Shown piece by piece: positions 19,042 to 29,300 of a stretch of DNA of 64,000 nt. This DNA comes from an uncultured bacterium. GTDB taxonomy: Bacteria > Acidobacteriota > Thermoanaerobaculia > Multivoradales > JAHZIX01. The number at the start of each line of letters is the position of its first letter. Positions within the stretch are counted from its first letter, which is position 1. Made by a program: the position numbers and the translations under genes. The notes beneath the pieces were generated by a model. It was given only the letters and a program-made list of their open reading frames with translations. It was not told the DNA's origin and searched no databases. The stretch covers positions 146,644-210,643 of the forward strand of contig CBDUPA010000013.1 in NCBI GenBank assembly GCA_965368975.1, written 5' to 3'.

Positions 19042-19701
19042 TCACAGCCGCGGGTTGATCCAGGACGCCAGGCCGCTCAGCGAACGGCTCTGGATGACGA
19101 TGTTGCCGGTGCCTTCCATGCGGGTCACCAGCCCTTCTCCACTAGTGAGACTGGAAATCAGCCCGCCGGAGAGTTGCGGCTTGAGCTTGAGGTTCGGCGG
19201 ATAGGCCACCAGGTGCCCCGTGTCGACCACGTACTCGCCGTTGACCTGGCGATCCAGCAGACCGCCGTAGGCGCCGAACCACAGCTTACCGGTACCCGAG
19301 AGCGTGAGACGGAACAGGCCCTCGCGGCCGATCAGGGAGGCGAAGCCGGCCCAGGACATTCCCAGCTTGACGCCCGGCGTCGAGGCCAGGTACGCCCCAG
19401 GCTGCAGGCACACCTCCTCGTTGTTCAGGTCCAGCTCACGGATGTCGCCCGGATTGGGCTGTACCAGCGTCAGACGCCGCACGTGCCCGGTGTTGTTGGT
19501 GAAGGTGTTGACGAACATCGATTCGCCACCCAGCACCGACTTGCCAAGCGCACCGAAGAAGCCTCCGTTGAGCTTGGTGTCGACATCCAGGTCGGCCGCC
19601 ATGCTCGCCATGGCATCCGCTTCAGCGGTGATGCTCTCCCCCGGCTCGAGGTCGATGTGCACGTGCGCGAACGCCGGCCCACCGTCGATCTGCGTATTCA
19701 T
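19042..19701 (-). CDS. TIGR00266 / AIM24 family protein (copy 1)
   Basis: AEADAMASM, GGESMFVNTF, VVDTGHLVAY, SGEGLVTRMEGTG. Confidence 0.9.
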   Translation of the reverse strand: MNTQIDGGPAFAHVHIDLEPGESITAEADAMASMAADLDVDTKLNGGFFGALGKSVLGGESMFVNTFTNNTGHVRRLTLVQPNPGDIRELDLNNEEVCLQPGAYLASTPGVKLGMSWAGFASLIGREGLFRLTLSGTGKLWFGAYGGLLDRQVNGEYVVDTGHLVAYPPNLKLKPQLSGGLISSLTSGEGLVTRMEGTGNIVIQSRSLSGLASWINPRL

Positions 19702-20933
19702 TCGCTGCCTCCTTGTATCGATACTTCGGACCCGCCGAGCAGCTGGTGCAGCCGGTCCTGGATCACAGTCAAGCGGTCGGGCGGAATCGGCGTTGTCGCC
19801 AAGTCGGGATGCCAGCGCTCGCGTAGCTTGCTGATGCGTTCCTCGGTCGCCGGATGGGTGCTGAGGAAACCCAACGCCTCCTGCACCTCTGCTCCCTCTT
19901 CACCCAACATTTCTTGCTGCTGCGCCTGCAGTTTCTCGAAGAACTGAGTCAGGCCGCGCGGATCGATGCCGGCTACCGTCAGGTACTCCCAGCCGACCTC
20001 GTCGGCCTCGCGTTCGAAATCGCGCGAAAAGCCCAACGTCAGCAACTGCAGGCCACCATCCGCGACCACGGCGACGATACCGCTGACGTCGCCCAGCAGC
20101 ATCTGGACGACCACGAAGAGGCCGGCGGCGCTGACCATCTGCCGCAAGCTGTGCCGCTCGGTGACGTGCGCCAGCTCGTGCCCCAGCACACCCAGCACCT
20201 GCTCGGGCGTTTCGGCTTCGAGCAGCAGTCCGGAATGCAACACGACGTGGCCCCCCGGGATAGCAAAGGCGTTGAGCTCGGGATTGTCGACCACGTGGAA
20301 GTCGAACTGATAGCCAGTGTCCGGCACCACGGCCAGCAGCGGAGCGACCAGCTCGTCTACCTCGGCTTGGAGGTTCGGGTCGTCGATCACCCGCATCGTC
20401 GCCTCGACCTGGCCGAAGACCACATCGCCCAGCGCCACCTCGGCTTCCGCTGGCACCAGGCCGGCGACCAGGCCGACCAGTGGCTCCTTGAGCAGCCACA
20501 GCGCGACCAGCGAACCGAGAAGCATCGCCAGGATACTCAGGCCAATCAGACGTCCCAGGTGCTTCTTGCCGCGCACTGCCGAAAGCTGCGCCGACAGCTG
20601 GCGATCGTGCACCAAGTGCGGATCGCGCAACACGCTGTGATCGGGTGTATAAACCGTGACGTCCGGCTGGTCGGGGTGCGAGAAGAAGATCAAGCGGTCG
20701 TTGTTACCACCCAGCCGCATCTGCAAGCCACGTAGCGGCAGGTCGATCTTCAGCCCACCAACAGCGGCCCCGAAATGGACGCCACTGGCGTCGAGAAGCA
20801 GGCTGCCCGCGGCACGCTTGCCTTGCAAGCAGGGATGGAAGGCAGAGGCGCTGATCGAACCCGCAGCCGCGACGGTCGCGGCACCCGGAGGGTTCGTCAC
20901 CGCCGACGAGCCATTGCTGTGCGCCAAACTCAT
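19698..20933 (-). CDS. M48 family zinc metallopeptidase with N-terminal PH-like domain and TM helix
   Basis: NAFAIPGG, VLGHELAH, FSRDFEREAD, FLSTHPATEER; start uncertain. Confidence 0.88.
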   Translation of the reverse strand: MSLAHSNGSSAVTNPPGAATVAAAGSISASAFHPCLQGKRAAGSLLLDASGVHFGAAVGGLKIDLPLRGLQMRLGGNNDRLIFFSHPDQPDVTVYTPDHSVLRDPHLVHDRQLSAQLSAVRGKKHLGRLIGLSILAMLLGSLVALWLLKEPLVGLVAGLVPAEAEVALGDVVFGQVEATMRVIDDPNLQAEVDELVAPLLAVVPDTGYQFDFHVVDNPELNAFAIPGGHVVLHSGLLLEAETPEQVLGVLGHELAHVTERHSLRQMVSAAGLFVVVQMLLGDVSGIVAVVADGGLQLLTLGFSRDFEREADEVGWEYLTVAGIDPRGLTQFFEKLQAQQQEMLGEEGAEVQEALGFLSTHPATEERISKLRERWHPDLATTPIPPDRLTVIQDRLHQLLGGSEVSIQGGSE

Positions 20934-21083
20934 GCTTCGTGTGGTACCTCTCGGTGAAGATACCAAGGATCCGGCAGAGCGACAAGCAGACTCCGGCGGC
21001 GGCGCGCGGACGGGCAAGAAGGGCTCGAAGGTGTCGCATGTGGGGTTGACGGGGACCAGGTACCTCCGTAGCATGAGCCAGCC

Positions 21084-22649
21084 ATGGCAGGCAGCGACGA
21101 AGTTCTACGCGCGCTCGAGAAAGCGGTCGAACTGTCCCCGGACAGCGGCCCGTTGCGGCGTCACTTCGGTGAGACGCTGCTCAACCGCGGGCTCTTCGCA
21201 CGCTCCGAGGAACAATTCAAGGCGGCGCTCGAACTCGATGGCGACGACGCCGAAGCCAAGTTGGGCATGGCGCGCGCTCTCTACGCCCAGGGCGAAGCGG
21301 CCACCGCGCTATTGCTGGTGCGGCAGGTGACACGCGAGTCGCGACGACCGGCGCGGGCCTACATTCTCTATGCGCGCCTGCTCCTCGGCCTGGGCAGCGT
21401 CGAACGGGCGGTTGCGGAGTACTACCGGGGCGTCGAAGAAGATCCGGGGCTGGAAGATCCGGCGCTGGCGGCGCAGCTGGGGATCCACCTGGGACCGTCG
21501 GCACGCCCGGAAGAGAGCGAGGTCGACACCACGTCCACCGCGGAAATTCCTGCCGACCAGATCCCGACCTTCGAGGATGACCACCCTGCCGCCGAGGCGC
21601 AGGATCGCAGCAAGGGCGAAGACGGCAGCGACACCGCGGAGGTCCAGATTCCCCCGGAGGGGATCGCCGCTGCCAAGGGGAAGGATCCGGTCGCCGGCCT
21701 CTCCAGCGAGCTGCCGCCGATCACCGAAGAGGGGGAAGCCGGCGAGCGGCGGCGCTCCGCTGAACGCTACTCCGAAGCCCTACGCCAGTTGTTCGCGGTG
21801 CGCCCGCGGCAGACCTTCCAGGACGTCGGCGGCATGGAGACGGTCAAGGAAGAGCTGCAGACGATGATCCTGCACCCGCTCAACCACCGCGACTTCTATC
21901 GCAGCTACGACAAACCGGTCGGCGGCCGCTTGCTGGTCTATGGCCCCCCCGGCTGCGGCAAGACCCACCTGGCCCGCGCCATCGCCGGCGAAGTGCTGGC
22001 TCCCTTCCTCGCCGTCGGCCTGCGTGACCTGGTCGACGTATGGCAAGAAGAGGCCGGACAGGTCCTGCAGAAGATCTTCGACCAGGCCCGCCAGCAGACA
22101 CCTTGGGTGCTGTTCTTCGACGACGTCGACGACTCCTCGACCCAGCACGACGCCCGGCCTCTGCTGCAACAGCTTCTGAGTGAACTCGATGGGCTCAACG
22201 CCAGCAATGACGGCCTGCTGGTGCTGGTAGCGACCAATTCCCCCTGGCGCGCCGAGCAGGCGCTGCTACGCGAGGATCGTTTCGACCGCGTCCTCTTCCT
22301 GCCGCCACCGGACGCCAGCGACCGAGCCGAGATCCTGCGCATCCTCTGCCGTGGCAAGCCACAGGAGAAGATCGACTTCCAGCACCTCGCCGGCGTCACC
22401 GAAGGGTTCACCGGCCGCGACCTGCGCGACCTGGTCGACGAAGCGGTCGAGCGCAAGTTGGAAGTGTCGCTGGAAGAAGGCCGACCGAATCCACTCAGTA
22501 CAGCCGACCTGGCGAATGCCGCCGGCCGCGTCGCTCCGTCCAGCTTCCTCTGGTTCGATCGCGCCCGGCGCCAGCTCGATCCAGATCCGCAGGAGGGCGA
22601 GGTCTACGGCGAGTTGCGCCGCTACCTCGACGCGCACCCGCAAGCCTGA
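21084..22649 (+). CDS. TPR + AAA ATPase protein
   Basis: N-terminal TPRs, acidic linker, FQDVGGM, GPPGCGKT, variant Walker B LFFDDVD, ATNSPW, LLREDRFD. Confidence 0.85.
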   Translation: MAGSDEVLRALEKAVELSPDSGPLRRHFGETLLNRGLFARSEEQFKAALELDGDDAEAKLGMARALYAQGEAATALLLVRQVTRESRRPARAYILYARLLLGLGSVERAVAEYYRGVEEDPGLEDPALAAQLGIHLGPSARPEESEVDTTSTAEIPADQIPTFEDDHPAAEAQDRSKGEDGSDTAEVQIPPEGIAAAKGKDPVAGLSSELPPITEEGEAGERRRSAERYSEALRQLFAVRPRQTFQDVGGMETVKEELQTMILHPLNHRDFYRSYDKPVGGRLLVYGPPGCGKTHLARAIAGEVLAPFLAVGLRDLVDVWQEEAGQVLQKIFDQARQQTPWVLFFDDVDDSSTQHDARPLLQQLLSELDGLNASNDGLLVLVATNSPWRAEQALLREDRFDRVLFLPPPDASDRAEILRILCRGKPQEKIDFQHLAGVTEGFTGRDLRDLVDEAVERKLEVSLEEGRPNPLSTADLANAAGRVAPSSFLWFDRARRQLDPDPQEGEVYGELRRYLDAHPQA

Positions 22650-22673
22650 GCCCACCTGGTATACCATCGACTG

Positions 22674-23012
22674 ATGCGGCTGCGTACGTTCCTCAGATTC
22701 TTGTTCGTCGAATATTGCGTGGTCATCGGACTGCTACTCTTGCTCCTACCCTGGAGCGACGCCTGGCCGCAAGTGTTCCGTCAAATCCCCCAGTCCGCGG
22801 TCAGCGACCTTCTACGCAACTCCTTCGTGCGCAGTGCCATCAGCGCTTTCGGCTTGGTGCACCTACTCTGGGTTCTGCACGACGTCGACCTCTTCCTGAC
22901 CCAACTGCGCCAGCGAGCCGAGGAGAGCACGGAGCCGAACACGAGCCTCGCACAAGATGAGGAAAGCCTTGACCGACCGGCCGTCGACGCCTCGCCTGCT
23001 GGCGATCAGTGA
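22674..23012 (+). CDS. Small membrane protein (2 TM), hypothetical
   Basis: Hydrophobic helices GLLLLLLPWS..W and FVRSAISAFGLVHL; operonic position. Confidence 0.7.
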   Translation: MRLRTFLRFLFVEYCVVIGLLLLLLPWSDAWPQVFRQIPQSAVSDLLRNSFVRSAISAFGLVHLLWVLHDVDLFLTQLRQRAEESTEPNTSLAQDEESLDRPAVDASPAGDQ

Positions 23013-23652
23013 CCGCCGCAGCGTCGAGCTGGACACCTGGCTCGACCAGCTCGGCGACGCCCTGTCCATGACGGCCGGTGCCCTGCCTTCCCCGCCCCTG
23101 GCCGTGCTGCTGCGCGAGAAGGATCTCGACGATCGCGCCCTTTTCGAATTGGCGATCGAGGCCCGCCGACGACTTCCCACCAGTGTACCGCTGCTGATCC
23201 ACGGCCGCGCCGACATCGCCGTCGCGGCAGGGGCACAAGGCGTCCACCTGGCTTCCGCGTCTGGGCCCTACGGTACCGCACCACCGCCGCTGCGCGAGTT
23301 GTGCCGCTGCTTCGGCGCTGCCCTCGACTTCGGCGTCTCGACGCACCATGTGGACGGCATCGCCGCCGCGCACCGTGACGGTGCGGCCTACGTCACCTTC
23401 AGTCCGGTCTTCACGACCCCGGGCAAAGGCTCGCCGGTCGGTCTCGAGGTTCTGCGCCAGGCGGTCGCCGCGGCCCCCGTTCCGGTGCTGGCGCTGGGTG
23501 GCATCGAGGCAAACAAGCTCGCAGCCGTCGCCGCCACCGGAGCCCACGGCATCGCCGGCATTCGTTGCTTCCAGCAGCCCCACGTGGCAGCCACACTCCG
23601 GGCAGCCACCTCCACATGGCCAGCGGAATGGCCAGCGGAGCCGGTGGCGTGA
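22957..23652 (+). CDS. Thiamine phosphate synthase-like (ThiE/TenI) protein
   Basis: LREKDL, GAQGVHL, GVSTHH, YVTFSPVFTTPGK, PVLALGGI. Confidence 0.85.
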   Translation: MRKALTDRPSTPRLLAISDRRSVELDTWLDQLGDALSMTAGALPSPPLAVLLREKDLDDRALFELAIEARRRLPTSVPLLIHGRADIAVAAGAQGVHLASASGPYGTAPPPLRELCRCFGAALDFGVSTHHVDGIAAAHRDGAAYVTFSPVFTTPGKGSPVGLEVLRQAVAAAPVPVLALGGIEANKLAAVAATGAHGIAGIRCFQQPHVAATLRAATSTWPAEWPAEPVA

Positions 23653-24209
23653 AGGAACTGCATCGCCACGGAGGCTCTTTGCTGCTCGCCCTGCTGATCG
23701 TCATCCTCGATCAGTGGAGCAAGTGGATCATCGAGCTGCACCTCGCACTGCACAGCCGACACGCCGTCGTCTCTACCGCCGGCTGGGCCGACTGGCTCCC
23801 CCTCTCCTTCGATCTCGTGCACGTGCGCAACACCGGCGTCGCCTTCGGCCTGTTCGCCGACCTCGGCGCCAGCGGCCCCTGGCTGCTCGCCCTGCTCGCC
23901 GGCAGCGCGCTGGCCGCGCTGGTGGTCTATTACCTCTACCTGCCAGCGGACGCCCACCTCCTGCGTGGCTCCCTGGCTCTGGTGCTCGGCGGCGCCGTCG
24001 GCAACCTCATCGACCGTATCCTCGGCGGCGCGGTCACAGACTTTCTCGACATCTACCTGCGCCTGTCCTCCAGCACGCACCACTGGCCAGCCTTCAACGT
24101 CGCCGACAGCGCCATCACCGTCGGCGTCCTCCTGATGGTGATCGGCTCCCTGCGCTACGCGCCGACCACGTCGGCGCCCGCCGGCGACGATGCAGGTTCC
24201 CCACCATGA
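23649..24209 (+). CDS. lspA: Lipoprotein signal peptidase II
   Basis: LDQWSK, NTGVAFG, GGAVGNLIDR, VTDFLD, WPAFNVADSAI; GTGA overlap with upstream stop. Confidence 0.95.
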   Translation: MKELHRHGGSLLLALLIVILDQWSKWIIELHLALHSRHAVVSTAGWADWLPLSFDLVHVRNTGVAFGLFADLGASGPWLLALLAGSALAALVVYYLYLPADAHLLRGSLALVLGGAVGNLIDRILGGAVTDFLDIYLRLSSSTHHWPAFNVADSAITVGVLLMVIGSLRYAPTTSAPAGDDAGSPP

Positions 24210-25210
24210 CAGACCCCCGGACGGACACCCACGCCTGGATCGTACCCGCGGCAGCCGAAGGTGAGCGCCTGGACCGTTTCTTGACCTCCATGCTCGAAGC
24301 ACCGCGCAATCAGGTGCAGCACTGGATCCGCGACGGTCGGGTCGAGCACGCCGGCCGCACCGCGCGCAAGCCATCGCAGCCGCTGGTCACGGGCGACGCG
24401 GTGCGCTGCACCCCACCACCCCCCGCCACCGAGGACCCGCGCATCGAGCCGGAAGCCGGCGACCTGCACGTGCTCTACGAAGACGAACACCTGCTGGCTC
24501 TCGACAAGCCGCCGGGTCTCACCGTCCATCCAGGCGCCGGACGCGACACCGGCACCCTCGTCCACCGCTTGCTCCGCCGCTATCCCGAGCTGGCTGGTGT
24601 CGGAGGCACGGGCCGTCCCGGTATCGTGCACCGACTGGACAAGGACACCAGCGGCGTCCTGGTCGTCGCTCGCACGGCCGAGAGCTACCAGGCGTTGATG
24701 CGCGCCTTCGCCGAGCGCCGCGTGCGCAAGCAGTACCTGGCGATCGTCTATGGCGTGCCCCGCGAAGCCGCGGGCCGCATCGAGGCACCGATCGGCCGCC
24801 ATCGCCACAAGCGCAAGGAGATGACCGTGCGCGGCGACGGCCGGCCGGCGCTCACCGACTACCGCACCCTCGCCAGCTCCACCGAGACAGGCGCCGGCCT
24901 GGCGCTGCTGGAAGTCGACCTGCACACTGGCCGCACGCACCAGATCCGCGTCCACCTCAAGCACCTGGGACACCCCCTGGTCGGTGACCCAGTCTACGGC
25001 GAGGCACGCTGGCGCGGCCTGCTCGGCCCCAGCGGCCAGAAGCAGGCCCGCTTCGCCTGCCGCGACTTCCCGCGCCCCGCGCTGCATGCCTGGCGCCTGG
25101 GGCTCGACCATCCCGTCACTGGCAAGCCGGTCCAGGTCGAGGCACCCGTGCCCGACGATCTACGCCAGCTGTGGCAGCAGGCGGCGGGCCAGGCCTGGCC
25201 CACCACCTGA
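24206..25210 (+). CDS. RluA-family pseudouridine synthase with S4 domain (RluD-like)
   Basis: RLDRFL, KPPGLTVHPG, RPGIVHRLDKDTSG, TGRTHQIRVH, ALHA; ATGA overlap with lspA. Confidence 0.93.
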   Translation: MTDPRTDTHAWIVPAAAEGERLDRFLTSMLEAPRNQVQHWIRDGRVEHAGRTARKPSQPLVTGDAVRCTPPPPATEDPRIEPEAGDLHVLYEDEHLLALDKPPGLTVHPGAGRDTGTLVHRLLRRYPELAGVGGTGRPGIVHRLDKDTSGVLVVARTAESYQALMRAFAERRVRKQYLAIVYGVPREAAGRIEAPIGRHRHKRKEMTVRGDGRPALTDYRTLASSTETGAGLALLEVDLHTGRTHQIRVHLKHLGHPLVGDPVYGEARWRGLLGPSGQKQARFACRDFPRPALHAWRLGLDHPVTGKPVQVEAPVPDDLRQLWQQAAGQAWPTT

Positions 25211-25270
25211 CTGCATCGCCTGAGTGCTGGGCCCCATCGGCCCGCTGACAGACGTCACGGAGCGAGGCGC

Positions 25271-25933
25271 TTACTCGGTCGCCGTCAGCACCGACTCGAG
25301 GGCTTCCTCGAAGACGTCATACGGCTGGGCGCCGCGCACCGGGCGTAGCACCGTCACCTTGCCTTGCTCGGCGTTGTAGCGGCCGACCAGGAAGTTCGGC
25401 GTGCCCTGGATACGCAACCGCTGCGCCTCGTCCATGTCCTGGCGCACCGCGTCGGAACTGGCGCTGCCATCCAGGCACTGACGGAAGGCGGCAACGTCGA
25501 GACCCACCTGCTCGGCATAGCCCGGCAGCTGCTCAGCCCCCAGGTTGCGCATGTTCTCGAACAGCAGGTCGTGCATCTGCCAGAACTTGCCCTGGTCGGC
25601 GGCGCACTGCGCGGCCTGTGCAGCCTTGAAGGCGTTGCTGTGCATCGGCAGCGGCAGGTCGAGGAAGATGTAGCCCACCTTGCCGGTGTCGATGTACTTC
25701 TCCTTGATCTGCGGCAGCGTCAGATGCGCGGCGCGGGCACAGTAGCCGCACTGATAGTCGGCAAACTCCACCAACACCACCTTGGCGTCCGGGCTACCCA
25801 TGTACGGATCGTCCTGGACGTCCAGCACCTTGCTCGCCGCCTGCGCCTGCAGTGACGCCGGGGTCAGCAAGGTCAGGGCCAGGAGGGCCGCAACCAGGGT
25901 GAAGAGGGGCGTCGTCAGACTGTGCTTGCTCAT
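25271..25933 (-). CDS. DsbA-family thioredoxin-fold protein
   Basis: Signal peptide, EFADYQCGYC, IQGTPNF cis-Pro loop, GAQPYDVF. Confidence 0.9.
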   Translation of the reverse strand: MSKHSLTTPLFTLVAALLALTLLTPASLQAQAASKVLDVQDDPYMGSPDAKVVLVEFADYQCGYCARAAHLTLPQIKEKYIDTGKVGYIFLDLPLPMHSNAFKAAQAAQCAADQGKFWQMHDLLFENMRNLGAEQLPGYAEQVGLDVAAFRQCLDGSASSDAVRQDMDEAQRLRIQGTPNFLVGRYNAEQGKVTVLRPVRGAQPYDVFEEALESVLTATE

Positions 25934-26170
25934 TGATGTTCCTCGCAATGTCTTTGTACAGGTGTGTTTCTTCATGGCCACCCACGTGCGGCGGACGCAG
26001 GTTATCAGAGCCCAGCACTCGCCCCGGAGGCAGGCGTGCGCATCTAGGAATACGCACTGAATCCCCCGCCGGTTCACCTGCGCCAACACAGCAGAACTTT
26101 TCCCACGCCTACCCTGAAAGCAGCAAAACCAGCCCCTTCGCTCAAGTTATTTCCGAACAGTATCAAGCAC

Positions 26171-26199
26171 TTGATTTACGCTCTGTTACCGCCTATATT
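26171..26199 (+). promoter_or_regulatory. Candidate sigma70 promoter for dnaE2
   Basis: TTGATT-N17-TATATT in an AT-rich intergenic region. Confidence 0.45.
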
Positions 26200-26310
26200 T
26201 GTCGATCCGTATCGCTGGAAGTCACTGACATTCCAGTATTTACTCGCGGCACAAGATCTTGTCCGCAGATACAAACAATCGTCAAATCGAGCCCCTCGAG
26301 AGTGCCCCTC

Positions 26311-29300
26311 ATGTCGTCCGACTTCCAGAAGCAGCTGCACAGCAACCCGTACAGAAGCTCCCCGAGCGCGCGCAAGGAGCAACAACGCCGCCATGCCGTC
26401 GACGCCGCCCAGCCCGCGCGCCGACGACGAAGCGAGCATCCCGAGTACGTCGAACTCCACACCGCTTCCGCCTTCTCCTTCCTCGCCGGCGCCAGCCAGC
26501 CCGAAGACCTCGCCGCCCGTGCCGCCGAACTCGAGCTACCCGCGGTCGCCCTGCTCGACAGAGGTGGCGTCTACGGGGCGCCCCGCTTCTACAAGGCGGC
26601 CAGAGAAGCCGGCATCCGGCCGCTGGTCGGGGCCGAGATCGTGCTGGAAACGGCCGAGCCGGCCCCACATCGGGAGCCGGGATCTGGTGTAGGGGCATCC
26701 CCTTCCGATCCCCTGCTCCTGCCCCGCCTCAGCGTCCTGGTCCGCGACGCCGCCGGCTACCGCAACCTGTGCCGGCTGCTCACCGCTTCCGCTCGCCGCT
26801 ACCCCAAGGGCCAGGCGCGCACCGACTGGGACCTGCTCGCCGCCCATGCCGGCGGCTTGCACTGCCTCAGCGGCGGTGACGAAGGCCCGCTCGCCCACCT
26901 CTTGGAAGGCACCGCACCCGAGCGCGCCGACCACCTGCTCGGTCACCTGCGCGCCCTCTTTCCCGGCCGCCTGCACGTCGAGCTGCAACGCCACCGGCTG
27001 CGCGCCGAAGAACACCGCAACCGCGCCCTGCTGCAGCTCGCCGAGCGCCACCGCCTGCCCATCGTGGCGACCAACGGCGTGCGCTACGCTCGTCCCGACG
27101 ACAAGCGCCTGCAGGACGTCCTCACCTGCATCCGGCACCACACCCAACTCGACCGTGCCGGCCGCCTGCTCGACGCCCAGCGCCTGCGCTGCCTGCGCTC
27201 CCCCGCCGACATGCGCCGCGCCTTCGCCGACCTGCCCGCCGCCGTTACCGAGAGCGTGCGCCTGGCCGAGCAACTCGACTTCACCCTCGACGACCTCGGC
27301 TACCGCTTCCCTGACTACCCTCTCCCCACCGACGAAACCCCCGACTCCTACCTGCGCCACCTGACCTGGAATGGCGCCCGCGCCCGCTTCCGTCCGCTCA
27401 CCGCGCGCGCCCAGGCGCAGATCGAGAAAGAACTGGCGATGATCGAGAAACTCGGTCTGGCCGGCTACTTCCTCATCGTCTGGGACCTGATCCGCTTCTG
27501 CAAGCAAGAGAACATCCTCGCCCAGGGCCGCGGCTCGGCCGCCAACAGCGCCGTCTGCTACGCCCTCTCGATCACCGCCGTCGACCCGGTCAAGATGGAG
27601 CTGCTGTTCGAGCGCTTCCTGTCCGAAGAACGCGGCGAGTGGCCCGACATCGACCTCGACCTGCCCTCCGGCGCCCAGCGCGAGAAGGTCATCCAGTACG
27701 TCTACCAGCGCTACGGCCCCCACGGCGCCGCCATGACCGCCAACGTCATCACCTACCGTGACCGCTCCGCCGCGCGCGAGGTGTCGAAGGCTCTCGGCTA
27801 CTCCGCCGAACAGGTCGGCCGCCTGTCCAAGATCCTCCGTTCCTGGAGCTACGACCAGCGGCGCGGCGACCAGGACCGCGGCACGGAAGACCTCGACCAA
27901 GAACTCGCCAAGAGCGGCTTCGAGCCGCAAGAGCCGCGCATGCGGCTGTTCAAAGAGCTGTGGCACCAGATCCAGTACCACCCGCGCCACCTCGGCCAGC
28001 ACAGCGGCGGCATGATCATCGCCCACGGCCGCCTCGACGAAGTCGTGCCCCTAGAACCCGCCGCCATGGCCGGCCGCACGGTCATCCAGTGGGACAAAGA
28101 CGACTGCGCCGACTTGGGGCTCATCAAGGTCGATCTCCTCGGCCTCGGCATGCTCAACGCGCTCGAAGAGGTCGTGCCGCTGATCCGCGCCCACGAAGGC
28201 AAACACGTCGACCTCGCCCACCTGCCGCCCGACGACCCCAAGACCTTCAAGATGCTGCAGCAAGCCGACACTGTCGGCGTCTTCCAAGTCGAAAGCCGCG
28301 CCCAGATGGCCGCCCTGCCGCGCAACCACCCCGAGCGCTTCTACGACCTCGTCATCCAGGTCGGCATCATCCGCCCCGGCCCCATCGTCGGTGGCATGGT
28401 CCACCCCTACTTCGAACGCCGCCGAGGCCGGCAGAAAGTCGAGTACCCGCACCCCAGCCTCGAACCCGTCCTGCGTCGCACCCTCGGCATCCCCCTGTTC
28501 CAGGAACAACTCCTGCGCATCGCCATGGTCGCCGCCGGCTTTTCGGGAGGCGAAGCCGAAGAACTACGCCGCGCCATGGGCTTCAAGCGCTCCGTCGACC
28601 GCATGGTGTCGATCGAAAAACGCCTGCGCGCCGGCATGCGTCAACGCGGCATCCCCAAGGACGCCGAAGACCAGATCGTCCAGAGCATCACCAGCTTCGC
28701 CCTCTACGGCTTCCCCGAGTCCCACGCCGCCAGCTTCGCCCTCATCGCCTACGCCAGCGCCTACCTCAAAGCGCACCATCCCACCGCGTTCCTGATAGGC
28801 CTGCTCAACGCCTGGCCGATGGGCTTCTACTACCCCGCCACCCTGATCAAAGACGCCCAACGCCACGGCGTCGAGGTACGCCCGATCGACGTGCAGGTGT
28901 CGGGACAGCGCTGCCGCTGGGAAGACAATAGAAGATTGGGTGCGGTGCGGTTGGGATTGCGCTTCGTGCGTGGACTCAGAGCGGAGAGTGCCGTCGCGAT
29001 CGAGAAAGCCCAGCCCTTCGAGGACGTCGAAGACCTGACCCGGCGCGCCGGCCTGCGAGGCGAGGAGGTCAGCAAACTCGCCCACACCGGTGCGTTGGCG
29101 TCCCTCGGCCTGAGCCGACGAGAAGCCATGTGGCAGGCCGCGAGAGTGACTAGAGATGCCGGCCCGCTGTATCGGAACGAGAAAGACACCGCACCGTCAC
29201 CGCTGCCGGAGATGAACGCCACCGAAGAGATGGTGGCGGACTATGAGGGCACGGGACTGACGACGGGGGACCATCCGATCCGGTTCTTGCGCGAGCAGCT

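Noticed and set aside
23617-23640. 12-bp tandem duplication TGGCCAGCGGAA/TGGCCAGCGGAG at the end of the ThiE-like gene
   Set aside because: Trivial in-frame micro-duplication in a non-conserved tail.
25933-26310. 126-aa N-terminal extension of DnaE2 (and similar extensions of ORFs 10535, 17836, 23348, 8864)
   Set aside because: They overlap neighbouring genes or promoter regions; downstream starts fit family N-termini or stop/start overlaps better.
26050-26310. LexA box upstream of dnaE2
   Set aside because: No convincing palindrome or GTTC-N7-GTTC-type direct repeat found.
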